NCBI GenBank assembly: GCA_963693365.1
Contig: CAVNZM010000002.1
Coordinates: 1,810,415-1,874,414 of the forward strand
Length of the DNA stretch: 64,000 bases
Direction: 5' to 3'
From: Amoebidium appalachense
Taxonomy: Eukaryota; Protista; Ichthyosporea
Shown here: piece after piece, positions 52,609 through 64,000 of the stretch
Numbering within the stretch: the first letter of the stretch is position 1
Layout: every line of letters begins with the position of its first letter
Notes under the pieces: generated by a model
The model's database searches: none
The model's input: only the letters and a program-made list of their open reading frames with translations
Told to the model about the DNA's origin: nothing
Made by a program: the position numbers and the translations under genes

Positions 52609-55600
52609 ATGTCGGAGAAACCTGCGTATCTCAACCTCACCCCCTGGAAAGGGGATGACACCACGGACAAGAAGTCCGGCAAACGTCTCACCTATTATGA
52701 GTGGGAACCCGTCATCTTCCGGTACCTACGTACCACCACCGCGGCCAAGTTAGTGCCCGTCATCAAGGCCCCCGAGTGGGTCGACCCTTCCGACGAGAAT
52801 GAGTGGCACGGCTACGACACTGAGGAGGCCTACACCGAGGCTTCCAACCTCCTTGAACAGATGTTTACTCAACTCGTCTCCAATGATGAGCTGTATAACT
52901 CTGGTCAAATCCACGATGATGTGTCACCTGCCCAAGCTTTCCACAACCTCCGTATGACCTATGCGGCTGAACGTGAAGATCGTGCTCGTCAAATCCTCCT
53001 CGACTACCATGAGCTTGAACTCAAAGACTTCAAGACCGTCACGGCCTACCTCACCATGGCACGCCGTCTGTGCACTACCCTGCACATCCTCGAAGAGCCT
53101 ATTCCTCACAAGACTATGGTTGATAACTTCTTCATCCACCTCAAGAAGAACCGTAAGTTAGTTTGTACCGACATCCAGGCCATGATTGCCGACTACTTCC
53201 GTCGTACCATTAACTACGAGACCTACAACCGTCTAATCAGTGACATCAGAGCTGCAGAGATCCGTGAAGGTCTCATCGACTCTGGGTCCGGGTCCTCCTC
53301 CACCGTCCGAACAGCACGTGCCCTGCAAAGCCGTGTACTCACCAAGGACGACCTCAGACACCGGATCCCCCGACGTGACAGCTCCGTCTCCCGTCACCCC
53401 CGCGGTCGTCCCACCGATCGATCCCCCTCAGTTGACCGTGATTACTCACGGTCCCGTTCCCCCGGCTATCGTTCCCGGTCACCCTACCCCCCACGTAAAG
53501 GGGGTAACCGTCATTCCCAGCCACCCCGAGCCAAGACCACTGGCTCCCTCGACTGTGCCTACTGTCACGAAGACCATCATGTCACACAGTGTGACAAACC
53601 TGGCTGCTCAATTGCCCGTCGTCACCGTGCCAACACCAAGTCTGGAAAAGAGGTGCATTTTGCCCTCGTGTCCACCACGGCCTCCCTACCCATGGACCCC
53701 TGCTGGGACTCGGCTTCAAACGTCCACGTGTGCCCAGTAAAAGAGTACTTCTCTACTCTTGAGCCATGCCCCCCGACTGACGTCCACGGCCTCGGCATCG
53801 TCACTGCACATCACCGTGGTGTCATCAACCTGGCCGTCACCTACAACGGAGTAACATCAGTACTGAGCCTCAACACCCTCTATGTACCCGACTCCCCAGC
53901 CTTCCTGATATCACCCTCAATGGCCTCCAAGTCGGGTCTCCTTGCCCACCTCGATGATGAGGATGCATTCCCATCATACCTCTACACTCGTGGTGGCAAC
54001 ATCGTGTGTTCCCTCACAGGCACAGATGGACTGTACTTCATCACTGACTATGAGATACGTCCCTCCATCCCTCGGACCGTCACTGCTCTGGTAGCCAACG
54101 TCAAGGTCAACAATGATCCTCAGCTCTGGCACCACCGTCTCGGCCATCGTGCCCTGTCCACCCTCACCAAGATGGTGAGAGGTGACCTCGTGACAGGCCT
54201 CCCCTCATCCCTCTCAGTGGCTGACACCACTGACTGCTTCGGTTGTGTCTCCGGCAAGACCACCAAGGCCCCATTCTCCGGCACCAGAACCCAGTGCCCC
54301 TTCCCCGGTGCCAAGTGGCACATGGACTTCTTCGAGCCTCCCTGTGCCTCCTATGGTGGCTACAAGGTGGCCCTCGTGTGTACCTGTGATGCCTCCGGCT
54401 ACACCATCGTGTACCTCCTCCGTGATCGATCCGAAACTCTCGAATACGTCAAGGCCCTGGTTGAGACTACTGACAAGCAACCCGACAAGGTGGTGACCCA
54501 CTTCCGTTCAGACTCTGGGTCCGAGTTCACCTCCCACGCTATGGAGCAGTACTGCCAGTCCAAGGGCATCATTCAGGAATTTGCCCCGGTTGACTGCCCC
54601 CAACTCAACGGCTTCGTTGAACGTAAGATGAGGGATCTGCAGGAGATCGTTCGGTGCTTCCTTCATCAGGACAAGGCCGACTCCCTTTCCCCCAAACTGT
54701 GGGGAGCTGCTCTCAAGCATGCTGCCTACATCATCAACGTGACCCCGGCCAGAGCTGCCAATGGCCGTACACCGTTTGAAATTTTCTACGGTGTCAAGCC
54801 TGACATCTCCCACCTGCACGTGTTCGGCTGCCCAGCCTATGTACACGTCCCTGCATCCAAACGAGACAAGTTGGCCTCTACCGTCAAACTCGGCACCTAC
54901 GTGGGCTGGGATATCACCAACAAAGCCCACAAGATCATGAATCTACGTGGCAACACGGTCAACCTCTACCGCGATGTCGTCTTCGACGAATCACAATTCA
55001 CCACGGCATCCAATCAGATTTCTGTGCAGGCCACCAATCAGACGACCTCAATCGATTCATCCCTGCATTCCGGAAATTCCAATTCCGATGACGATGAAAT
55101 TCCGTCGGTGATTATCCGTCGTTCCCCCCGTCGTGTACCTGCCCCCGTGGCTCCCCCCCCCCCCCCCCCCCCCCACCGGTCAGCAACCCCTGCTGCCGGC
55201 CCCTGCCGTCAATGACCACGTACCTGGTCATCTCACCCCGGTTCGTCCTGGGTCTCCGGAGTTCCACTCGGCCCCGTCCAGCCCCGTGTTATCCGACTCC
55301 CCCCTCAACACGGCACCCATCCCTGGCTTCCAGGCCCCCATCCCCGACCACCGAGTGTCTGTCACAGACAACCCCCCGGCCCCTGAGCCCCTCCGTACCG
55401 TTCCCCGTCGTTCCTCCCGTCTCTCCTCCCGGCCTGCTATGGCTATGGTGAGCATCTCCCGACCCAGCCTTGATGTGTCTCAGCTGCCCCGGTCAATTCA
55501 GAAGCTGTGCTCTGGCACCAAGGGTGATGAAGTGGTGACTGCCCTCACTGCCGAGTACAAGGCTTTCATCGACAAGGACATCTTCGACGTAGTTGAGCCC

Positions 55601-57034
55601 CCCTCCGATGCCAACATCATCCGATTCAAGTGGATTGTCACGGAGAAGGTCCTCAACTCTGCTGGTGACACCAAGATCAAGGGTCGTGGTGTGCCCAAGG
55701 GTTTCACCCAAGTCTACGGTGTTGACTACGGTGAAAACTCTTCCCCCGTCGTCATGTCCTCCTCCGTCCGTGCCCTGCTTGCCCTCGGTGTGCAACAGGA
55801 CCACGAGATCCATCAACTCGACATCAGCACGGCCTTCCTCAACAGCCCCCTCGACGAGACTTTGTACATGGAGCAACCTCCTGGTTTTATCCTCCCTGGC
55901 AATGAACACAAATTCTGGAAACTCAAGAAGGCCATCTACGGACTCAAGCAGGCATCCCTGGCATGGTACGAGTTCTTCAACTCCATTCTCATTGCCCACG
56001 GCCTCACCCGTCTCCGTTCCGATCCGTGTGTGTACTTCCGTCAGTTCCCCAACGGGCACATCATCCGTTCGGGCAACTACGTTGATGATGCCATCATCAC
56101 CTGCACACGGAACTCCACCATCATGCAGGGGCTTGTTCGTCACATCACGAAGTCTGCCGAGTGCAAGGTCGGTCTGCCAGACATCTTCCTCGGCACCCAA
56201 CTGCTGTACACCCGTGACTCCCTCAAGCTGCTGCAGTCCTCCTACATCAAGGACATCATCACCGACTTCAACCTGGTCGATGCCAAGCCTAAGGCCACCC
56301 CTATTCCCGTGGGCACCATCATCAACGAGACCTCCCACTCATCCCTGCCCACCACCGTCCCCTACCGTGAACTCCTCGGCCGTCTGCTGTGGGTTGCTCG
56401 GTGCTCCCGGCCTGACATCTCGTATGCCATTGGCTACCTCGGCCGATTCAGCTCCAAGCCCACCAAGACTGCCTGGGAGCTTCTCCTCCGTGTCGTTCGT
56501 TACCTGCTCGGCACCATCAACCTCGGCCTCTACTACAAGAAGAAGGCCCCCAACAGCAAGGTGCCCATCCTTGAGTGCTACTCGGATTCTGACTTTGCTG
56601 GTTGCCCCACCACCCGTCGTTCCACGTCTGGGTACGTCATCCTCCTCGAAGGCTCCCCCGTCACCTACCACTCCAAGCTGCAGACGATCACTGCAACCTC
56701 CACGTGTGAGGCCGAGCTCCTGGCCCTCAATGCTGCCGTGCAAGATGTTGTCTGGCACCGTGATCTACTAAAGGAGCTGGGCTACCCCATGACCGAGCCC
56801 ACCCCCGTGTACTGTGACAATCAGTCCACCATTGCTCTGGTCCACTCCAACACCATCAAGCACCGGACCAAGCACATTGCCGTTCGTTACTTCAACACAA
56901 AGGACTACATCAACAGTGGGGACGTCACTGTCACCTACATCGACACCAAGAAGAACCTGGCCGACATCTTCACCAAGCCTCTGGCTGGTACGGCCCACGA
57001 CACACACCGTGCCAACCTCAGTCTCCGTGACTGA
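52609..57034 (+). CDS. Copia gag-pol polyprotein (gag, zinc knuckle, PR, IN, RT, RNase H); single frameshift in a poly-C run
   Basis: CAYCHEDHHVTQC; WDSASNVHV; LWHHRLGH...CFGC; HMD / RSDSGSEF / NGFVER; QLDISTAFLN; LKKAIYGLKQA; YVDD; YSDSDFAG; RTKHIAVRY; ADIFTKPL. The frame switches in the C-run at about 55153-55174, probably a homopolymer error. Confidence 0.95.
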
Positions 57035-57848
57035 CCCGTGCACTGGTGTTCATCATCGAGTGGTTTCTGAGTAGGTTGGGGCCCTGGACAGCAGTTGACA
57101 CACCTACGGTGATCAAGATGCCTCCCAACGAAAGTCTACTACTCCTCATCGTTTCTCTTCATCAGTGGGGACTCAGTCTTCCATCGTCATATGTGTGCAT
57201 CTTCAGTGGGGATTATTCTCCACCATCCGTCGTTTATTTATATTCATATCCCACCATATATATTGGTTTTCTTCTATATTCGACTTATATATATGTCGAA
57301 CTGGGATGGCGTCCCAGTATAAATAATTATCTATAGCCATGACGTGCTGTTTGACTGCCAGTCTAAACCTAGTCCACGGGATGCACCTTCCCCGTGTCTT
57401 AACTGGTTGACCACCAGTCTATAAATCAGTCCACAAGATGTTCATGTCTTGTGTTTACCTGGGTGGTCCCCAGTATAAACCATTAGCCACCAACACGTCA
57501 CACATACACTAGTGTTTCCTATCTATATATATATATCGCCGATAACCACCATGATTTCTTATTTCGAGTCTTCAGAGGCAACCGTCGTTGTGTGCCTCTT
57601 CAGTTTTGATTCTCTCCTTCCCACCTCAAGGATCTTCGGTTTGCATCCTCGAGTGGGGAAACTTGAGTGTGACGGCCCCTCCTGTGTTTGGACCCCATCT
57701 ACCGTCACATCAACAGACACGAGAACACAAACTTCAACCCCTTGAGTGGGGATGTTGGAATACGTCACCATGTATGACAGCAAGAGCCTTGAAGTATGTA
57801 TGTGTCCTAGCTTGTTTGTATTCGTGTCTGCTTTCCTCCTTTGTGCTC

Positions 57849-57934
<86 letters not shown>

Positions 57935-58685
57935 CCCCCCCCCCCCCCCCCGTATCTCTCTCTCCCTTGTTTCTGTGGGCACAGATATCTGTAGATCTGT
58001 GCACACCTGGCTCTCTTGCCTGATAAGAACTTATTGTGTTTTATTTCTATTTGCTCTCCTCTGTTTATCTGAGAGGTAGCGTGATTGGCTAGCCTCACTC
58101 GTTGTCTTTCCTTTATTTCAAAATGGCCTAGTTTGTTCTCAAAAGGATGGCTCGCCAATAGTCGCGAGCGAGTACATCTGTAGATTGTGTTGTGCATTCC
58201 TGTCTGTTAATATATGTGTGTTGTGATTGGACAATAGATATATATGGAATTCGGTTTATTGCAAAGTGTCTTCACTTTGAGAGTGTCGACTGTTAGGAAA
58301 TATATGTATTTAAATAAGTTTCTTTATAGAGACGAACATAAATATATATGTGAGTTAATAGTGACTAGATGTATAATTACTTAATTTATTTAAGTAAGAG
58401 TTTCTACACTTTAGTTTAATCGGAAGTTGGAATGCGTATGCTCTGTCGGAATGTGTTTTTCTATCTTCTGATAGAACCGATTGGTTCTCCCTCTTTAGTT
58501 GTGATAAGGTGATAAGTCGCAAGTACAAAAGCCTTGGAACCGAGAGCACAATAAAGATTCAGTTGTTGTTTGAAATCTTTCAATGTCTCGTGAACAACTC
58601 CGATTGCCCTCTCATTAATGTGTTAGTCGTGTTTTTACATGACACCTCTGTGCACTCTGCTCCCTTAGACCCGTACAAAACAACA

Positions 58686-58841
58686 CAGACACAGCATCTA
58701 TTCCTTTCTGCTCACTCTCCCCCCCTTCCCCCCTCCCCCCCCGTCTCCGACTCACTATCCCCCCCTCCCCCTCCTTCTCTTCGTCAAACAAAATATAAGC
58801 AGCACGAGAGAGAGCATCACAGTCAACCATTGTTTCACCCT
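58686..58841 (-). pseudogene. Gypsy RNase H-integrase linker resuming after the Copia TSD
   Basis: GETMVDCDALSRAAY...GIDAVS joins VDVSSWVPG at 50416 across the TSD; ends abruptly at 58841. Confidence 0.85.
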
Positions 58842-58888
58842 ATGACACCTCTGTGCACTCTGCTCCCTTAGACCCGTACAAAACAACA
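58842..58888 (+). repeat. 47-bp 3' terminus of another Copia LTR copy at a rearrangement junction
   Basis: atgacacctctgtgcactctgctcccttagacccgtacaaaacaaca is identical to 58639-58685 but is followed by Gypsy protease sequence. Confidence 0.9.
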
Positions 58889-61800
58889 GAAATTCCTATT
58901 TTAGATGCTTCTAGCACAGCCTTAGGTAGTGCTAATAATAGTAGTATGTCTGTGGAAGGTGTTTGTGTGTTGCCGTGTGAGATAGGTGGCCAGGCTATGC
59001 ATATTGCTTGTTATGTGGTTAAGGATTTAGCTCAAAGTGTTTTGTTGGGAGCCCCATTTTTCCGTAGACATGTGAATGCTTTGTTTGAACGTACGAATGT
59101 TTTAGAATTGCAGTCCGGCGTTAAAATTAAAACCCATGATGGGCTCGACGGTTATCAGTCTGGTGCTAGAACGGTAGCTGAAGTAGTAATCGAGCCTTAT
59201 CAGTGCCAAACGGTACGTGTCCGGGCCGGCAATCATGTTAGGATAGGGGATTTAGGGGTTTTTACTCCGAAAACCCCATTTCAGGAGGTGGCCCAATGGA
59301 CCCTTAGTAGGGTATGGCCGGATAAGACAATAGAAATAGAATTAGTGAATCCGGGCATCGAGCCTATAGTGATTAGGTCAGGTGTTTCCGTCGGTAGTTT
59401 CACTAATGAGATTGGTAGTATAGAGGTCTCTCTTATTACCCAAAAGGAGGATGCCGGCTCGAAGGGTGACTCAGGAGGAGGGGGAACAACTTTATTTAAC
59501 GTTAGCCACCAAAATGTCACCCGACACGATGGGGGGGGGGACCGGGACAGCACCGGTCCCACTCCCCCGACCCCCAAGAGGAAGGAGGGTCACCCCGGGT
59601 GTGAGAATGTGCAGGCAGGGGGGGAGGGTGTTGGTCTAACCCGTGGATCTGACGGGTTAACCAACACCGTGGGGGGCAGGGTGGCCACAGACCTGGCCCC
59701 CCACATACATGCACTAACTCATCAGGAATTGCCCGGGGGCATTGGTGTGCCGGGGGGAGGGGGGGGTGCTAAGGGTGACCGCCTATATCCGGAGGTACCT
59801 CAACCTCACCCCGAGCAGCACCGATGTAATACAGGAGGTGAAATGTTAAGTGGCACTCCGGTGAATAAGGATGCATCCACTTGTGATGGGGGTAACCCGG
59901 AGTTAGTATTGCCGTTTGGTATGAAGGAGGGGGATTGGACGGTAGAACAGAAAAAATTGCTAGCTAAGTTATTTGATAGGACTCGGTTTGCATTTCTGGC
60001 CGATGATAACGAAGTAGGCTTCGTTAAAGGGTTTGAAATGCAGATCGACACAGGTGATAATAGGCCGGTAGTGATGCCTAGCTATAGAATGGAGCAGTAT
60101 AAATTGTCGGATGCGCTAATAATAGTGAGTGATATGTTAAAAAAGGGTCATGTGGAGCATAGTTCGAGTCCGTGGAGAAGTCCGGTGCTATTGGTTAAGA
60201 AGCCCGACGGGTCTTGGCGTCTAGTGAACGATTACAGGGCTCTGAATCGGATCACTAAGGCAGACCAATGGCCTCTCCCTAACATAGACGAGCAGCTTTC
60301 ACAGCTGCACGGCTATACTCAATTTGCTAAACTTGATTTAAAAGCAGCTTTTTGGCAGATAAGGTTGGAGGAGAGCAGCAAGGAGAAGACTGCCTTTGCA
60401 CTGGGGGACCAGCTGTTCCAGTACAAGGTGGTGCCGATGGGTTTGCTCTCCTCTCCAGCTATGTTGTGCCGGGTAATGTATAAAATTCTCCACCCTCATT
60501 TGGATGTATGCCACCCTTATTTGGATGATGTTTTAATTAAAGGTAGGTCATTTGAGGAGTTAGTTAATAATTGTGAAAAAGTATTTTTAGCTTTGGGTGA
60601 GTCTGGTCTTCGTATTAGCGGTAGCAAGACTGTGATTGGTGTGCCGGAGGTTAAGTTTTTAGGTCATATTGTGTCTAGTAATGGTCTTGCCCCTGATCCG
60701 GAGAAAATCCGGGCCATAGTTGAGTGGCCCCGTCCTCAGACTGTCACTCAACTAAGGCAATTTTTAGGTTTAACTAATTATCTTCGTCGTTATATTAAGG
60801 ATTATAGTATGAGTTGCTTTGCCGTTAACTAGTCAGACGGGGGGGGAGAAGAAGAATAGAATAGATTGGAATGTTGATGCTGTTTCTGTTGGAGTGCAGA
60901 CTTACGCTCACTCCACAATATGTGTATGTTAGCTTTACAATTGGTTCCGTGTACACAGACACACGCTGACACTCGATCACCACATGCACATCTGCATAGT
61001 TGAGGAATGTTGCCAATTGTGTTTTGACTGCAAACGATTGGTTCACTGGTCCCAGAGATCTCTAAATGAAAGTAACCATTCCGATTAGCGCCTGGCATCC
61101 GGATTACATTCCAGACTGCTGCCCCACGGGTATATAAGCCACGGCTCTGCCAGGTGCAGAAATGGAGTTCAGTCATGGAGTTCAGTCATGGAGTAAAGTC
61201 ATGGAGTTCAGTCATGGAGTTCAGTCATGGAGTTAACACACTGAAAGCAGTAAAAAACGGGTCAGCGCCCAAGCGCGCCACGACGACCCTAGTCACAGCG
61301 GACTCTACTTCCAACAGGGTTATGGGCCCAGACACGACACCGCGGCCTCTAACTTCACGTCCCCTACGACGCCTTGAACGGAGGAGCCCAGAAACCGACT
61401 TCTAGGCTGTACCCTACACCCGCGAGCGTATTTCCGTGAAGTAGAGACTTTCGCTTCCACAAACTCCATCCGCAGCAGCCTGCGACATCAACGTCAAGTA
61501 TTCCACTTCATTGGCGGGGCACGCACCACAGTGGAATGCACACCCCGGTCTACCCTGCAAGCAGCCACACTCACTCTCTCTTCTCTAGTGGTGTGTACAC
61601 TTCTCCAATTGGGTAGGGGTGTTGGAGTGCAGACTTACGCTCACTCCACAATATGTGTATGTTAGCTTTACAATTGGTTCCGTGTACACAGACACACGCT
61701 GACACTCGATCACCACATGCACATCTGCATAGTTGAGGAATGTTGCCAATTGTGTTTTGACTGCAAACGATTGGTTCACTGGTCCCAGAGATCTCTAAAT

Positions 61801-63350
61801 GAAAGTAACCAATCCGATTAGCGCCTGGCATCCGGATTACATTCCAGACTGCTGCCCCACGGGTATATAAGCCACGGCTCTGCCAGGTGCAGAAATGGAG
61901 TTCAGTCATGGAGTTCAGTCATGGAGTTCAGTCATGGAGTTCAGTCATGGAGTTCAGTCATGGAGTTAACACACTGAAAGCAGTAAAAAACGGGTCAGCG
62001 CCCAAGCGCGCCACGACGACCCTAGTCACAGCGGACTCTACTTCCAACAGGGTTATGGGCCCAGACACGACACCGCGGCCTCTAACTTCACGTCCCCTAC
62101 GACGCCTTGAACGGAGGAGCCAGAAACCGACTTCTAGGCTGTACCCTACACCCGCGAGCGTATTTCCGTGAAGTAGAGACTTTCGCTTCCACAAACTCCA
62201 TCCGCAGCAGCCTGCGACATCAATGTGAACGTCAAGTATTCCACTTCATTGGCGGGGCACGCACCACAGTGGAATGCACACCCCGGTCTACCCTGCAAGC
62301 AGCCACACTCACTCTCTCTTCTCTAGTGGTGTGTACACTTCTCCAATTGGGTAGGGGTGTTGGAGTGCAGACTTACGCTCACTCCACAATATGTGTATGT
62401 TAGCTTTACAATTGGTTCCGTGTACACAGACACACGCTGACACTCGATCACCACATGCACATCTGCATAGTTGAGGAATGTTGCCAATTGTGTTTTGACT
62501 GCAAACGATTGGTTCACTGGTCCCAGAGATCTCTAAATGAAAGTAACCAATCCGATTAGCGCCTGGCATCCGGATTACATTCCAGACTGCTGCCCCACGG
62601 GTATATAAGCCACGGCTCTGCCAGGTGCAGAAATGGAGTTCAGTCATGGAGTTCAGTCATGGAGTTCAGTCATGGAGTTCAGTCATGGAGTTCAGTCATG
62701 GAGTTAACACACTGAAAGCAGTAAAAAACGGGTCAGCGCCCAAGCGCGCCACGACGACCCTAGTCACAGCGGACTCTACTTCCAACAGTTTCTGCTTTCG
62801 AAAAGCTTAAGTTAGCTTTGCAGTCTTCGAGTATGCTTGTTCATCCTGATTTTTCGGCCGGGGGGGAATGTTTAAAGTTCGGTGTGATGCAAGTAAGGTT
62901 GCTGAGGGGGCCGTGTTATATCAAGTGCAGGAGGGGCAGGATAGAGTGATTGCTTATGCTAGTCGTTCATTTAGTAAAAGTGAACGTAGATATAGCAATC
63001 CAGAGAGAGAGTCCCATGCTATCTTTTGGGCAGTCTCACAGGCATGGAGGTACATACTCGCAGGCAGGACGTTTGAGGTCTACACCGACCACAAGCCCTG
63101 CCTAGCCATGGCCGGCACCACTCGTCTGGTCAACGAGAGGATGCAGAAGTGGGCCGCGGCTCTCGGTGAGTTCTCCTATAAATTGTTTTATGCCAAGGGT
63201 GAAACAATGGTTGACTGTGATGCTCTCTCTCGTGCTGCTTATATTTTGTTTGACGAAGAGAAGGAGGGGGAGGGGGGGGATAGTGAGTCGGAGACGGGGG
63301 GAGGGGGGAAGGGGGGGAGAGTGAGCAGAAAGGAATAGATGCTGTGTCTG
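58889..63350 (+). pseudogene. Gypsy pol segment (C-half of protease, RT, RNase H), inverted relative to the integrase and split by a TRIM array
   Basis: SVLLGAPF; SSPWRSPVLLVKKPDGSWRLVNDYRALN; LDLKAAFWQI; PMGL; YLDD; FLGH; after the TRIM array AFEKLK...HPDF, CDAS, YS..ERE, YTDHKP, DALSR. Small frameshifts near 60810-60850, 62865 and 63280. Confidence 0.93.
60887..62787 (+). mobile_element. Tandem-array TRIM (LTR-int-LTR-int-LTR)
   Basis: 430-bp LTRs at 60887-61316, 61620-62049 and 62358-62787; interiors start gGGTTATGGGCCCAG and end gggtagggg; one TSD GTTTC (60882-60886, 62788-62792) flanks the whole array. LTRs carry a TATA box and a 13-bp tandem repeat (catggagttcagt). Confidence 0.95.
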
Positions 63351-64000
63351 TGTTGTTTTGTACGGGTCTAAGGGAGCAGAGTGCACAGAGGTGTCATGTA
63401 AAAACACGACTAACACATTAATGAGAGGGCAATCGGAGTTGTTCACGAGACATTGAAAGATTTCAAACAACAACTGAATCTTTATTGTGCTCTCGGTTCC
63501 AAGGCTTTTGTACTTGCGACTTATCACCTTATCACAACTAAAGAGGGAGAACCAATCGGTTCTATCAGAAGATAGAAAAACACATTCCGACAGAGCATAC
63601 GCATTCCAACTTCCGATTAAACTAAAGTGTAGAAACTCTTACTTAAATAAATTAAGTAATTATACATCTAGTCACTATTAACTCACATATATATTTATGT
63701 TCGTCTCTATAAAGAAACTTATTTAAATACATATATTTCCTAACAGTCGACACTCTCAAAGTGAAGACACTTTGCAATAAACCGAATTCCATATATATCT
63801 ATTGTCCAATCACAACACACATATATTAACAGACAGGAATGCACAACACAATCTACAGATGTACTCGCTCGCGACTATTGGCGAGCCATCCTTTTGAGAA
63901 CAAACTAGGCCATTTTGAAATAAAGGAAAGACAACGAGTGAGGCTAGCCAATCACGCTACCTCTCAGATAAACAGAGGAGAGCAAATAGAAATAAAACAC
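63351..64000 (-). repeat. Inverted copy of the Copia 3' LTR (runs off the window)
   Basis: Reverse complement of 58036-58685; same flank (gtctg = CAGAC TSD); carries the 3'-LTR allele aaaagccttggaacc. Confidence 0.95.

Larger units (their letters stand above)
50417..58685 (+). mobile_element. Full-length Ty1/Copia LTR retrotransposon
   Basis: 5' LTR 50417-52489 (interrupted by a TRIM) and 3' LTR 57753-58685 (933 bp), TGTTGG...CAACA; TSD CAGAC at 50412-50416 and 58686-58690; PPT gagtgggga; PBS-like agttaaaggccca. LTRs nearly identical (one 5-bp indel plus microsatellite differences). Confidence 0.97.

Noticed and set aside
55153-55174. Programmed frameshift between Copia IN and RT
   Set aside because: The shift lies in a ~21-nt C-run and Copia pol is normally one frame here; a homopolymer length error or slippage is simpler.
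55493-57043. Long antisense and alternate-frame ORFs over Copia RT/RH
   Set aside because: Shadow ORFs caused by strong C-ending codon bias; no recognisable motifs.

Overview
Eukaryotic, intron-rich genomic DNA full of poly-G/poly-C runs and (CA)n/(CT)n microsatellites; almost all short ORFs in the track are microsatellite artefacts. An ichthyosporean such as Amoebidium is a plausible source, but this is inference only. The left 41 kb is genic. By walking GT-AG junctions by hand I reconstructed a 3-exon HIG1/Rcf1-family gene (-), an intronless secreted PAN/apple-like protein (-), a complete 12-exon glycosylasparaginase AGA (-) with a downstream partial duplicate, and two convergent genes that each encode a methyl-CpG-binding-domain (MBD) protein with long disordered regions. 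The right 22 kb is a transposon nest: a deleted piggyBac-like element, stacked LINE 3' ends plus an RT remnant, a chromodomain Gypsy, a near-intact Copia inserted into it (TSD CAGAC), a TRIM with a half-tRNA-iMet PBS (one single copy, one 3-LTR tandem array), and a fold-back inverted duplication. Three signals stand out. (1) The CpG-rich Copia and Gypsy coding regions are almost free of CGC/GCG, while LTRs, other TEs and host exons are not, which suggests context-specific methylation and possibly evasion of it, next to two MBD reader genes. (2) A structured dispersed element sits inside G/C homopolymer runs, with an empty-site/filled-site pair in the window. (3) CA/GT repeats abut splice sites, including one intron that could be bridged by (GU)n:(CA)n pairing. 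All counts are by eye.
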